NCBI GenBank assembly: GCA_903851045.1
Contig: CAINNF010000018.1
Coordinates: forward strand, 3,925 to 67,924
From: Candidatus Adlerbacteria bacterium
GTDB taxonomy: Bacteria; Patescibacteriota; Minisyncoccia; Phycocordibacterales; SBAW01
Direction: 5' to 3'
DNA length: 64,000 bases
The position numbers and the translations under genes were made by a program. Below are positions 1-10,109 of the stretch, one piece after another (position 1 is the first letter of the stretch; each line of letters begins with the position of its first letter). Below the pieces are notes generated by a model that made no database searches, was not told the DNA's origin, and saw only the letters and a program-made list of their open reading frames with translations.

Positions 1-883
1 TCGCACCTTCTGCGGCACCGGCCCCGATGATGGTGTGTATCTCGTCGATAAAAAGGAGCACTTTGCCTTCGGAGCGCTCGATCTCCTTCATGATAGCCTT
101 GAGCCGCTCCTCGAACTCGCCTCGATACTTGGTACCGGCGATGAGCGCCCCAAGGTCGAGCGACACAAGGTCTTTGTCCTTCAACGACTCGGGCACATCA
201 CCGATAGCGATACGTGCGGCGAGTCCTTCGGCGATAGCGGTCTTTCCCACACCGGCTTCACCGATCAGTATCGGGTTGTTCTTCGTTCGGCGGGACAATA
301 TTTGAATGACACGCTGGATCTCTTCGTCACGGCCGATGACCGGATCAAGCTTGTTCTCCTGGGCCAACTTCGTGAGCGAGCGCGTGTACTTGGCAAGCGC
401 ACGAAACTTCTTTTGTTCCCCTGTGGCGGTGGTCTTCGACGAACGAAGCTCCATGAGCGCACGTATGACCGACTCGCGCGTGACGCGAAATCGGGACAGC
501 GTCTCTCGTACGAGCCCCGGGACATCGAGCAACGCGACGAAGAGGTGCTCGGTCGAAACGAACTCATCATGCAACTCGGTCGCGACCTTCGCGGAACGCT
601 CGAGTGCCTGTACGAGCTCGGGGGTGAGGTACAACTGGTACGACGGTGAAAGCACCGAGGCACCACCTGCTCCTTCGATAGACTCCAAGACGGTGTCAGT
701 GAGGAGTACAAGGTCGACCTCGAGTCGGTCGAGTATGGAGGTCACCAAACTTTCCTCCTGCGTCAGCAGCGCAGCAAGAAGATGCATTGGACTCACCTGG
801 TTTTGGCCACGCTCGACCGCGAGCTCGTGCGCCTTACGCACCGCTTCTTTCGCCTTAGTTGTGAAATGGTTGAATGGTGGCAT
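1..883 (-). CDS. Clp-family AAA+ chaperone/protease ATPase (ClpB/ClpC-like), 3'-truncated at window edge. N-terminus [40 protein letters not shown]... (Clp_N), then Walker [16 protein letters not shown] and LLFIDEIHT
   Basis: Manual reverse-strand translation from ATG at 883-881. Not in ORF track because no stop lies inside the window. Listed + strand ORFs 27..917 are antisense artefacts. Confidence 0.8.
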   Translation of the reverse strand, partial: MPPFNHFTTKAKEAVRKAHELAVERGQNQVSPMHLLAALLTQEESLVTSILDRLEVDLVLLTDTVLESIEGAGGASVLSPSYQLYLTPELVQALERSAKVATELHDEFVSTEHLFVALLDVPGLVRETLSRFRVTRESVIRALMELRSSKTTATGEQKKFRALAKYTRSLTKLAQENKLDPVIGRDEEIQRVIQILSRRTKNNPILIGEAGVGKTAIAEGLAARIAIGDVPESLKDKDLVSLDLGALIAGTKYRGEFEERLKAIMKEIERSEGKVLLFIDEIHTIIGAGAAEGA

Positions 884-894
884 ATATACTGTTA

Positions 895-1740
895 TTACGG
901 ATTTGAGGCTTGATTAGTTGCACCATGCACCGGTTGTGACGCGATCGACGCCACCGTATAGGAATCTGTGGACTGTCCCAGGGACGCAGCGGTTGTGATA
1001 CCGATGATCTCGCCGAACTGGGTCGCGACGACCGAGCCCGGTGTCGTACCTGGCACGGTCGTCAGTATCGACGCGGTGCCGACCCCACCATCCGGAAGCA
1101 TGGCGACCACTCCCTCACCCACACTATCGACTCCTTTACCGCTGATACCAAGTACGCGTTGACCCAAACGAAGCTTCGAGACGTCGGCGATCGATGAGGG
1201 AGCAAATCCGGTCGACGTTCCAAGAACCGTCACAAGGGCGATCGGTGAACTGGTTGCGGACAGGTCCCCCACCTTCAACGGTACTCGGTCCCCGTTCGCT
1301 AGTATGGCTTCGAACTCGGTCGCACCCGAACCGACAAGTGCCGCGCGGTCCGTCATGGTCGTCCCCGTCGCGTTAATGACGACACCTCGTGCAAGCAGGT
1401 CAGCACCTCCCTTCACCGTGATGCGTACGACGCTTTTCTGAAGAGCGGCTATTGTCTGTGCGACGAGATCATCATCTTTCACGACGATGGTCTTTTGGGT
1501 CACTACTGCGGCAGTGTTCTGAGCGGACGCGGGTACGACGGTCTGTACCGTATGTTCGACTATTTGGTTGATGGTGCGGGTGACCGAGGGTGGCGCTTGG
1601 TTCATGAGGGAAACCGTTACGATACCGGTCGCGATGGACGTGACGAAGCTGACCAAGAGTGTAAGAAGAATAATCTGATGTTTCGTCAGGTTCTCAAGAT
1701 CCATACTTCTATTATGCCATACTTTTGTACCTATCTGCAA
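895..1740 (-). CDS. membrane-anchored trypsin-like (HtrA/S1-like) fold protein, catalytic motif apparently degenerate
   Basis: N-terminal TM helix. C-terminal region [27 protein letters not shown] resembles the GNSGGP..GxVIGI segment of S1 proteases but lacks a canonical GDSGGP. Confidence 0.35.
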   Translation of the reverse strand: MQIGTKVWHNRSMDLENLTKHQIILLTLLVSFVTSIATGIVTVSLMNQAPPSVTRTINQIVEHTVQTVVPASAQNTAAVVTQKTIVVKDDDLVAQTIAALQKSVVRITVKGGADLLARGVVINATGTTMTDRAALVGSGATEFEAILANGDRVPLKVGDLSATSSPIALVTVLGTSTGFAPSSIADVSKLRLGQRVLGISGKGVDSVGEGVVAMLPDGGVGTASILTTVPGTTPGSVVATQFGEIIGITTAASLGQSTDSYTVASIASQPVHGATNQASNP

Positions 1741-2962
1741 CTACGGCGAGTATCTTGGCGACTTGTATCACTTCGCTGCGTTTCGTCGTCGGCAAGAGCG
1801 TGAGTCGAATGGCGCTTTTGGTCCTGTACTGGTCCAAGCCGAGCGCCACGAGCACATGAGACGGCTTCTCGTCGCTGGAATCGCACGCCGAGCGGGTCGA
1901 GGCCGCGACTCCCTCGGCATCAAGGGCTATGACCGCCATTTCACCATCAAGACCGGGGATCGAGATATTCAGATTGTTCGCAACCCGGACCTGTGGCGTC
2001 GTTTTGTGCGGCGTCGGAGCTGGTATGTCCCACGCACCGTTCACCACCGCAGTGGGGATGCGTCGAGCGATCTCGGTATACAAGAGGTCGCGTGCGGATG
2101 TCACACGCACGACGCGCTCGTCCACGTGCGCCTGTGCCTCTTGAAGGGCGGCAGCGAACGATCCTGTAAGCAGCACGTTTTCGGTACCACCACGACGACC
2201 ACGCTCTTGCCCGCCACCGCGCGACTGCCCCTCGAGCGGGACCCCTCTTCTCACATACAGCGCACCAACTCCTTTGGGACCGCATATCTTCTGCCCATCG
2301 AGCGTTAACAGGTCGACACCAAGCTGTTCGACGCCAACACTGAGCCACAGCGGTGCCTGCGAGGCGTCACAATGGAAATACAGCGGCCTTTGCTCAGAAA
2401 GGGCGGGGCTTTCGGCGCGTTCTTTCTTGATCCGTCGAATTTCTTTTGCTATCTCGCGGATCGGTTCGATGGTGCCGATCTCGCTGTTCACCATTTGGAC
2501 CGACACGAAGACAGTATCGTCGGTCACGGCCGCCGCGACATCCTTCGCGGACACAAGCCCCGCTTCGTCCACCGGAAGCTCCGTGAGCAGTACCCCCTCT
2601 ACCTGGAGCGCACGCAACGGCTCGAGCACCGATGGGTGTTCTATCGAACTCGTGATAGCATGCACCCGTCCGCCCGCACGCAAAAACGGCCGCAGCATGC
2701 CATCGATCGCCAGATTGTTCCCTTCTGTCCCGCCTGAGGTGAAGATGATCTCGTCCGCATGTGCACCGATCGTGGTCGCTATAATCTCGCGCGAATGATC
2801 GAGTTCGGCCTTCGCAGCAAGCGCCTCTTGGTGCAAAGCACCCGGGTTGCCATACACAGTAAGTGTTTGCACCAATGCCTTTCGTGCTGCAGGCGAAATG
2901 GGGGTCGCGGCTGCGGCGTCGAGGTAGATTCGGTGCGTTTTCCTTTGCGACTTCCAAAACAT
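1712..2962 (-). CDS. cysteine desulfurase (NifS/IscS class V aminotransferase)
   Basis: 416 aa. Motifs HCDASQA and PLP-Lys region DGQKICGPKG; SSIEHPSVLEPL. Confidence 0.85.
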   Translation of the reverse strand: MFWKSQRKTHRIYLDAAAATPISPAARKALVQTLTVYGNPGALHQEALAAKAELDHSREIIATTIGAHADEIIFTSGGTEGNNLAIDGMLRPFLRAGGRVHAITSSIEHPSVLEPLRALQVEGVLLTELPVDEAGLVSAKDVAAAVTDDTVFVSVQMVNSEIGTIEPIREIAKEIRRIKKERAESPALSEQRPLYFHCDASQAPLWLSVGVEQLGVDLLTLDGQKICGPKGVGALYVRRGVPLEGQSRGGGQERGRRGGTENVLLTGSFAAALQEAQAHVDERVVRVTSARDLLYTEIARRIPTAVVNGAWDIPAPTPHKTTPQVRVANNLNISIPGLDGEMAVIALDAEGVAASTRSACDSSDEKPSHVLVALGLDQYRTKSAIRLTLLPTTKRSEVIQVAKILAVVADRYKSMA

Positions 2963-2988
2963 GTTGTAATAAGTATATACTCTACTGT

Positions 2989-3477
2989 ATGCATAGCTAC
3001 CTTACCACCTTTGCCCCCTACTTCGCGTTCGCGGCGTGCATACTTTCTTTGTTGAGCCTTCTGTTCGTTCTATTGGTCAGCCGTCGGGTCGAGGATATCT
3101 CGGCCGGTGCGCACGGTTCTCTCGAAAAGACGCTCGACACCCTGCTGAAGAACGTCAGCGAGCTACAAACATTCCGCACCGAACTCGAGTTCTATCTGAA
3201 ACATGCAGAGAGCCGTTTGCGCACGTCGGTGCGTGGTATCGGTGTCGTACGATACAATCCGTTCGCCAGTGACGGCTCCTCGGGAGGCAACCAGAGTTTT
3301 GCCATCGCATTTCTTGACGAAAGCCACTCGGGTGTGGTATTCTCAGCTCTCTACGCACGAGATCGCGTCGGCGTATACGCCAAGCCTATCGAGGCTGGTA
3401 TTCCTTTGTTCAAACTTTCAGAAGAAGAGGGACAGGCGATCACCAAGGCGAAGGAGTCGATGTCAGAGAAGAAGTAA
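2989..3477 (+). CDS. DUF4446-like small membrane protein
   Basis: Start moved to in-frame ATG 2989 (MHSYLTT...) because the longer ORF overlaps the divergent desulfurase. TM N-terminus, VRYNPF...GGNQSF core. Family assignment from memory. Confidence 0.45.
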   Translation: MHSYLTTFAPYFAFAACILSLLSLLFVLLVSRRVEDISAGAHGSLEKTLDTLLKNVSELQTFRTELEFYLKHAESRLRTSVRGIGVVRYNPFASDGSSGGNQSFAIAFLDESHSGVVFSALYARDRVGVYAKPIEAGIPLFKLSEEEGQAITKAKESMSEKK

Positions 3478-3503
3478 CGTGGGAGCTACACCAAACAACC
3501 GGT

Positions 3504-5030
3504 ATGCATACGCAGGAACGTACAACAGAAAGGCCCCCAATCGTGGCGGTCGTCGGACATATCGACCACGGGAAGTCGACGCTTCTTGACTATATCCGTA
3601 AATCAAAGACCGCCGAGGCCGAGGCTGGGGGCATCACCCAACATCTTTCAGCATACGAGGCGCTGCACACGACACCTGCAGGCATCGAGCGTCGTATCAC
3701 CTTCCTCGACACGCCGGGTCACGCAGCATTCGAAGCTATGCGATCGCGCGGTTTGGAAGCTGCGGATGTCGCAATCTTGGTCGTCTCTGCCGAGGACGGT
3801 GTAAAACCACAGACCGTCGAAGCGATCAAGCTCATCAACTCCGCACATATCCCGTTCATCGTCGCACTGACCAAGGTCGACAAGCCCGCCGCCAACGTCG
3901 AGCGCGCGAAAATGTCTCTGCTCGAGCACGGCGTATACCTCGAAGGGCTCGGCGGCGATATCGCCTTTGTCGCCGTGTCGAGCAAGACCGGCGAGGGTAT
4001 CCCCGAGCTGCTCGACCTCATCCTGCTCGCTGCCGAGCTCGAAGGACTTTCTGCCGACTCGGAGATGCCCGGCTCTGGACTCGTTATCGAGGCGCACGTC
4101 GACCAAAAGCGCGGCAACACCGCCACTCTTATCGTCAAAGACGGTAGTATCGAGAGCGGTGAGTTCGTCATCTCTGGCGAAAGCTACGCGCCGGTGCGCA
4201 TCATGGAGAACTATGTCGGGAAGAACATCAAGGTGGCGCTACCGGGAAGCCCGGTGCGCATCGTCGGGTTCTCGACCTTGCCCGAGGTTGGCGCGATGTG
4301 GCATGCGGTGGAGTCCAAGAAAGAGGCCGAGTCCGAGACGACCAACGCTCGTATCGAGCGTCTGACGCAGGAAAAGAAGCGACCGAACGTCTCCGAAAAA
4401 CCGGCGGAGGACACTATCCACATCATACTCCCGCTCGTCATCAAGACCGACTTCTCTGGCACCGGAGACGCGGTGCTGCACGAACTCAAAAAGATACCGG
4501 AGGACCCCCGCATGGAGGTGCGCGTCGTCGGACGCTCGGTCGGACATGTCTCGGAGAACGACGTGCGTCTCGTCGGCGCATCGACCCCCGCTGGCATCAT
4601 CGTCGGTTTCAACACCAAGGTCGACAATGACGCGCGCCAACTGGCGGACCGGCTCGGCGTGACCATCGCCACGTTCGATATCATCTACAAACTCACTGAG
4701 TGGCTCGAGTCAGAGCTTCAAAAACGTCATCCGCGAGAGAACATGGAGGAACGCATCGGCCTCGCGAAGGTACTCAAGGTGTTCAGCAATCAACAGGGTC
4801 GCATCGTGCTCGGAGGACGCGTCGAGGAAGGCACCTTGAGCGATGGGCAGGCAGTGAAGCTTCTGCGACAAGGAGAAGAGGTCGGACGTGGCGAGATCGT
4901 CAGTCTCCAGACCCAAAAGACTTCGGTTAAGAAGATTGAGAACGGCAAGGAGTTCGGTACGATGCTCAAGATGTCGGCCGAACCGGCGCCTGGCGATCAC
5001 ATTGAAGCGTTCGAGGTCGTCTTTAAATAA
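3504..5030 (+). CDS. infB: translation initiation factor IF-2 (short form, G domain at N-terminus)
   Basis: VAVVGHIDHGKSTLLD, DTPGH, LTKVDK motifs; 508 aa; followed by rbfA. Confidence 0.9.
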   Translation: MHTQERTTERPPIVAVVGHIDHGKSTLLDYIRKSKTAEAEAGGITQHLSAYEALHTTPAGIERRITFLDTPGHAAFEAMRSRGLEAADVAILVVSAEDGVKPQTVEAIKLINSAHIPFIVALTKVDKPAANVERAKMSLLEHGVYLEGLGGDIAFVAVSSKTGEGIPELLDLILLAAELEGLSADSEMPGSGLVIEAHVDQKRGNTATLIVKDGSIESGEFVISGESYAPVRIMENYVGKNIKVALPGSPVRIVGFSTLPEVGAMWHAVESKKEAESETTNARIERLTQEKKRPNVSEKPAEDTIHIILPLVIKTDFSGTGDAVLHELKKIPEDPRMEVRVVGRSVGHVSENDVRLVGASTPAGIIVGFNTKVDNDARQLADRLGVTIATFDIIYKLTEWLESELQKRHPRENMEERIGLAKVLKVFSNQQGRIVLGGRVEEGTLSDGQAVKLLRQGEEVGRGEIVSLQTQKTSVKKIENGKEFGTMLKMSAEPAPGDHIEAFEVVFK

Positions 5031-5035
5031 CCACT

Positions 5036-5356
5036 ATGCATGCGAACAGGAACGAAAGGATAGCAGAGGCACTACGCGCGACAGCCGCGGAGTTCTTGGC
5101 GCGAGAAGCGGGACGGCAGTCGATGATCACGGTCACACGCGTACAGCTCGACGAAGATAGTCGTCGCGCCCTCGTCTTTATCAGTGTATTCCCCGAGTCG
5201 TCCGAGCAGTCCGCGCTCGCGTTCGCACAGCGAAGTCGCAGCGAGCTTAGCAAACCGTTCAAGGCGCACGTGCGGGGTGCGTCGCTCCCCCACATCGAAT
5301 TTCGCATAGACACTGGCGAAAAGAACCGCCAGCGCCTCGACGAGCTTTCGCTGTAG
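5036..5356 (+). CDS. rbfA: ribosome-binding factor A
   Basis: 106 aa, conserved position directly after infB; RbfA-like composition. Confidence 0.65.
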   Translation: MHANRNERIAEALRATAAEFLAREAGRQSMITVTRVQLDEDSRRALVFISVFPESSEQSALAFAQRSRSELSKPFKAHVRGASLPHIEFRIDTGEKNRQRLDELSL

Positions 5357-5496
5357 CCAACTCTAGGTTACAGTATGATGTATCCTCGCCACTCGGGCGG
5401 GTACGGCCACGGCCTCCTTCGCTGAGTGCCAGTCGGTCAGCGGTGTTTGAAATAGAGCTTTGCGAGGGCCGCGGCCTCCTTCGCTCAAGCTACGAA

Positions 5497-5568
5497 GGCC
5501 ACGTAGTCAAGTGGTAAGACGAGAGTCTGCAAAACTCTTACGCGCGGGTTCGATTCCCGCCGTGGCCT
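5497..5568 (+). tRNA. tRNA-Cys (GCA)
   Basis: Hand fold: acceptor GGCCACG/CGTGGCC, anticodon stem AGAGT/ACTCT, loop CTGCAAA, T-arm GCGGG-TTCGATT-CCCGC. Confidence 0.8.
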
Positions 5569-5660
5569 CCCGAGCATATGTGTGTACAATAGGGTTACTG
5601 TTCGCTGCCGTAACAGCTGTGGCGGACTACGCCTCACTGCGCGAAAGCTTCGAGGGGTAA

Positions 5661-5744
5661 TGCCGGGGTGATGGAATGGTAGACATAGGGGACTTAAAAT
5701 CCCCAGACCTAATCGGTCGTGAGGGTTCGAGTCCCTCCCCCGGC
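5661..5744 (+). tRNA. tRNA-Leu (TAA), type II long variable arm
   Basis: Acceptor GCCGGGG/CCCCGGC, anticodon loop CTTAAAA, T-arm GAGGG-TTCGAGT-CCCTC. Confidence 0.85.
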
Positions 5745-6099
5745 ACCTTAAACGAACTGAATGGTTTTGAATGCAAATGCAATTCGAGCGACTTCTTGGA
5801 AAGTAACAGCTTTGCTTTTTCAAAACGATAAATTTCTTTTTCAATATCTTGGTCAAGATAACCATTAAGAAGTCGCTCTAACTTTTTCGACAAAGAAAAA
5901 ATCTTTTCTTCTTTGTCTTTCACACAAGCAATCAAAGACGGGGTGGAGTTTTTGTAGTCATCTAACGCCAAACGATTGAGTTCCTCCGACGGAAATGGTA
6001 AATATAAAAATGAGATTGAGTATAAGGGAGTTGAAAAATGTGTTATAATATTTCTAATAGTTGTATTACTAGAGTAAATCATATATGCCAGATTAAATT

Positions 6100-7587
6100 A
6101 TGAAAAAGGAGGATGAATGGTTAGTTGAGTTTTTTAAACATTTTGAGACGATACTTGCACCAAAGAGGTCAGAACTAAAGGATTGGTCTAAGGCAGCAGA
6201 TTTCCATGTCTTCAGCACGTTCTTAATCAAAGATATTCAAGAAATTCAAGAGTATTTGAAAAATGCCGATGACCAGTATCTTTATTATGTTTGTAGGCAT
6301 ATTTTTAATATTATAGATTGGATCAAACTTATGATTGTTTCTGGTCTTTCAAATTTTGGTATTGCTTTTGAAAACGTTTTTGATAAGCAATTTGGAGATA
6401 AATACATTCTGCAAAATTTGTATGATGCTTGTTTTGAAAAGTGGATTTCTCAAAAGAAAGGGCAATGGAAAATTGGAGAAAATTTTTATAACATTCTCGA
6501 TTGTAAGTTATATTACCGCAACCATTTTGGAGAGTGGTTTGAAGTCGAAAGAAGAACGGCCTTTGACCTTCTACCAGACAAAAAGCTTCTTGAAAACAAT
6601 TATTTAATCGAACAATTGAATAGCGAATGCAAAGAAACTTGGTACGATGCAATAATCAGAAAATGGGAAGATAAAAAATATCAGGGAGTACTACCAGATA
6701 ATTTTTTGAAATTTAATAAGGAAGAAACGAGTCCCGAAGAATATTCTGATTTTACAATTGAGAACATTAAAACATTAATAAAAAATCCGGTATCAATTGC
6801 GGAACTGGAACGCTGGAATAACGGCAAGATTTTGGATATAGAACACATCGTGAAAATAGCTTCTGGTGTATTAGAAATGGTAACAAAAAGGAGAGAAGAT
6901 AATTGTCATACTATATATCTTTTACGAGACTGTCTAGTGTTCTATGAAGTACACAAGACCATTGACCTCTTAAATTCGGAGCAGACTTCCGCTGATCAAA
7001 TATTGATTGGACGAAAATTACTCACACATGAATTAAGAGAATGGGGGTATTATGTAGTAACACTCGAATCTCTTTATATAGCTCATGACCGCTATCCAGA
7101 AAATTTTAGAGATTTCTACAATGAGTATGCAAGACTACTGGATATGTTCGTCTCTTTAAATCCAGGATTCGCAACTATTATATCTAATCTTGCTGAGTAC
7201 ATATCGGAACATATTCAAACAGACACAAATAAAATAGTTGTTTTCGACATAGGATTTCAAGGATCGATAGCACTATTAACAAAGTACATAATAGATCGCC
7301 ATATCAAGTCAAATGCCCCCAACAAAACAATGGAAACAGATGTGAAAATTGGTGTGGGTGCCGAATGGTCTAAGGGTTTGTTTGGAGATAGATATGAGAA
7401 TGACTGTTTTCCATTTCTAAATCGTTTGCAATTAATGGCAAGAAGTGATGAATTATTTCACTATAAACTGGGAAGTCTACATTCAGGTAAACTCCAGATT
7501 GTAATGGGTGATAAAGAATCGCAACATAAAGCTACCGTTGAACTTGTTGTTCTTGTAATGGTGACTCTATTGGCACAGAGTGAGTAA
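6100..7587 (+). CDS. hypothetical protein (island cargo), 495 aa
   Basis: Long clean ORF in the AT-rich island; no motif recognised. Confidence 0.5.
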   Translation: MKKEDEWLVEFFKHFETILAPKRSELKDWSKAADFHVFSTFLIKDIQEIQEYLKNADDQYLYYVCRHIFNIIDWIKLMIVSGLSNFGIAFENVFDKQFGDKYILQNLYDACFEKWISQKKGQWKIGENFYNILDCKLYYRNHFGEWFEVERRTAFDLLPDKKLLENNYLIEQLNSECKETWYDAIIRKWEDKKYQGVLPDNFLKFNKEETSPEEYSDFTIENIKTLIKNPVSIAELERWNNGKILDIEHIVKIASGVLEMVTKRREDNCHTIYLLRDCLVFYEVHKTIDLLNSEQTSADQILIGRKLLTHELREWGYYVVTLESLYIAHDRYPENFRDFYNEYARLLDMFVSLNPGFATIISNLAEYISEHIQTDTNKIVVFDIGFQGSIALLTKYIIDRHIKSNAPNKTMETDVKIGVGAEWSKGLFGDRYENDCFPFLNRLQLMARSDELFHYKLGSLHSGKLQIVMGDKESQHKATVELVVLVMVTLLAQSE

Positions 7588-7791
7588 AAAGGATATTGCT
7601 ACTATATCCAAGTTAATTTTGATGGTTTGGTTTTGACTTTCTTGGTGCATACACACCGATTTTTTTTGCAAACCGCACAAATATTATTCGCTGACATATT
7701 GGTGGGTTTCACCACATCACCATTATTTTTTTTCTGTTCGTCACTCATATTGTTTAATTATTTTAAATAAGGGTAATGCCTAGATAAACGT

Positions 7792-8763
7792 CTATTTTGT
7801 TTTGAAATTATCCAATATAGCGCAACTTTCCCGAATGTATTTCTTTGACCTCTCTAAATTTGCTGGGAGGGTCGAAACCATATGCCCTGATGAATCAGTC
7901 TGTGCGTCAGCGGGTTTTAGACGTCCTTGCGCATCAATAGCGATGCCTGGAAACTCTTTGGCTATTGGCTCAAGTAGATTCACTGAATCTGGTCCCAAAC
8001 CCCCTGCCACTGCAAGACCTAAATATGGAAGTTTACTATGGATTAATCTCAGCAAAGGGAGAAGTTCTCCCGCATCCATACCCTTTCCCTTTCCCATACT
8101 CATGTCTATCAAGGCAAAATCAATTGAATCACCGTACTCACGAAGTCGGTTCACTACTTCCTGAGGATCGCCATCAACAGCTCTTATTGCGAATTTTCCA
8201 AGTTGTAAGATAATGACAATATTTGGATTTCTCTCTTTAAACTTGCTCATTTCATCAGGATCTGGCCAGGTGACATCAAGTTGAATTGCGTGGAGATTTT
8301 TTCCTCCATATTGAACACATAATTCAAGATTTTTAAGGATGTCTGGAGATTCTTTAGCTTCCCATGGTCCGTTTGGGCCATATAAGTCAGCATAATGTAT
8401 AGTATTCAAAACATCTGGGTCATCAGTAAATCCATTTGCCATTTCTTCCGTGGTTGGAAACTCTTTACTTACTTCTTCGCGTACTTTCGGAGGAACCGGT
8501 AAATCAGGATTCAAAACAATAGGATGTGTCATGACCCCAACCATAATCTTCCGATCTGGATTTTTTCTATTTAGTCGAAGCTCATCAGCCATGGCTCGGG
8601 CTTGCTCAGGACTAAATACATCACAAACACCGGAATAACGATCGCGTTCCATGTTATGCAATTGTTCTTCGGCATCGGCATAATTTTTTGCCCTTCCTGA
8701 TTCAACTTTCTCTCGAAGCATCTCTGCTTCTTTTTGTGCTACTCTTTGTGAGTATTTTTCCAT
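7792..8763 (-). CDS. hypothetical protein (island cargo), 323 aa
   Basis: Long clean ORF; contains ALIDMSMGKGKG and LAVAGGLGPD, no confident family. Confidence 0.5.
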   Translation of the reverse strand: MEKYSQRVAQKEAEMLREKVESGRAKNYADAEEQLHNMERDRYSGVCDVFSPEQARAMADELRLNRKNPDRKIMVGVMTHPIVLNPDLPVPPKVREEVSKEFPTTEEMANGFTDDPDVLNTIHYADLYGPNGPWEAKESPDILKNLELCVQYGGKNLHAIQLDVTWPDPDEMSKFKERNPNIVIILQLGKFAIRAVDGDPQEVVNRLREYGDSIDFALIDMSMGKGKGMDAGELLPLLRLIHSKLPYLGLAVAGGLGPDSVNLLEPIAKEFPGIAIDAQGRLKPADAQTDSSGHMVSTLPANLERSKKYIRESCAILDNFKTK

Positions 8764-8811
8764 TTTAAGATTATAACTTTAAGATTATAACATGGTTCCG
8801 AAAGTCATACA

Positions 8812-8918
8812 TGTTGCCCGCCCGCACTCATTCCCCAGACCCCTTTCTGTGGGCGGGAAATGCAGTCTCGGTTTTGCCAAATCCATATCCCCAGAAAATA
8901 GTTTGGCAAAACCGAGTC
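8812..8918 (+). repeat. conserved structured element copy L1 (second copy at 62404..62500)
   Basis: Shared CATTCC-CCAGACCCCTYCTGYGGGCGGGAAATSCAG then a 9-13 bp stem (CTCGGTTTTGCCA/TGGCAAAACCGAG here) around the conserved loop AATCCATNTCCCCAGA..GTTT. Confidence 0.5.
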
Positions 8919-9239
8919 CATCAAATTGAAACTAGAATTCCGTCAGTTTCTCCCTTATGAGAAACCCGACCTCGCTCTCGCCACCACCATACCGAAAAAA
9001 GAAAAAAGAAAGCGCGCCAAATCAAAACAGAATGTGTGGTGGCGAGGCGAGGACGGAACAGCAGGAGAGGAAGAATAATGTCGTACTCGACAGTATTCTG
9101 GAACGGACGCTGGGCCGTGACGGAATTCATCGTGAAGCGTACGATTACATTTCACATTACCACACGCTCTGTGCGTGCGACATCATTACTCATTGATTTT
9201 TAAAACAGGTTCGGATTTGGTAAGATAAACGCACATCGT

Positions 9240-10109
9240 ATGCATCGCTATGACCACCGTTTGTTCGTGACCGAACTCCCCGAAGGGTTTACTTCGCGCC
9301 ACCAGTGGCCAGAATTTGCAGAACAGTATCAGTGGCCACCATTCTTTCATGCGACACCGGTGGGTGCGTATCCACGGGGTATGCGTCGTGGCCTGTGGCC
9401 GATTATTCTTGAAGAGTATGTCAGCGACGACGAGCCGCCGCTGGGATATGTAGACGAGACTGCGCCGAATCGTGTCATCCTGTGGCAACGCCTGACCCGA
9501 ACAGACATCCCACGTGGGTGGAGCGCACCGTCGCGTCACCCGGCGATGCTCGAAGGGTTCGCAGAGATTGTCCCTGGCGAAGACTATACTGCGCGCTGGT
9601 CAAAAATCGCTCGGCAGGAACGTAAGGCGTGTGCCGAGGCGTTCGAGCGCGGTCTCTTCGCGATAGAGCAACTCGACTGGGAGACGTTCGAGCGAGTATA
9701 CAGAGCGAGTACGACTATAGAGAAGGCAGGTCTCGGGGCCCTGGCTATCTTGAAGAGAAAATGGTTCGCCAACTCAACGCACATTATGCTGTGGGGCGCT
9801 CGAAATCTTCGTACGGGAGAAGTTGTCGCGGCCGTGGGTGTCGTCAACTCCCCGTCTCATCAGGCGTCCTACTATGCGGCCGGATGCAAGAGAGCGCACC
9901 TTGAGTATCCACTGGTCGTGGGGCTGCTCGCACATTGGTACGAGGTGTCTCAGGCGGCGGGGATTCGCTTCCTCCATTTCGGCGTGTTTTGGATACCCGG
10001 CAAGCCAAAGTCATGGCAGGGCTTCTCGACGTTCAAGATGAAGTTGCGTCCAAAGCTCGTGCTCTACCCGCCAACACTCGTACGATTCAAGCGTGGTACA
10101 CTGTGGTGA
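9240..10109 (+). CDS. FemAB/BioF2-like GNAT-fold acyltransferase (putative)
   Basis: C-terminal ASYYAAGCKRAHLEYPLVVGLLAHWYEVSQAAGIRFLHFGV resembles the FemAB family C-terminus. Confidence 0.35.
   Translation: MHRYDHRLFVTELPEGFTSRHQWPEFAEQYQWPPFFHATPVGAYPRGMRRGLWPIILEEYVSDDEPPLGYVDETAPNRVILWQRLTRTDIPRGWSAPSRHPAMLEGFAEIVPGEDYTARWSKIARQERKACAEAFERGLFAIEQLDWETFERVYRASTTIEKAGLGALAILKRKWFANSTHIMLWGARNLRTGEVVAAVGVVNSPSHQASYYAAGCKRAHLEYPLVVGLLAHWYEVSQAAGIRFLHFGVFWIPGKPKSWQGFSTFKMKLRPKLVLYPPTLVRFKRGTLW

Larger units (their letters stand above)
5750..8790. mobile_element. strongly AT-rich genomic island (putative horizontally acquired) immediately 3' of tRNA-Leu(TAA)
   Basis: Abrupt GC drop from ~60% to clearly AT-rich by eye; two large ORFs without recognisable homology; bounded at the right by conserved element L1. 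Confidence 0.4.

Noticed and set aside
27-917. Plus-strand ORFs 27..305, 35..649, 306..917 and minus ORF 265..711
   Set aside because: They are antisense/out-of-frame to a clearly recognisable Clp ATPase on the minus strand (Walker A GEAGVGKT, Clp_N); their translations are S/R-rich junk.
5485-6082. Minus-strand ORFs 5485..5865 and 5627..6082
   Set aside because: Both run through tRNA-Cys/tRNA-Leu. Only the island-internal part (5760-6082) could be a gene remnant, and it is not called as CDS.
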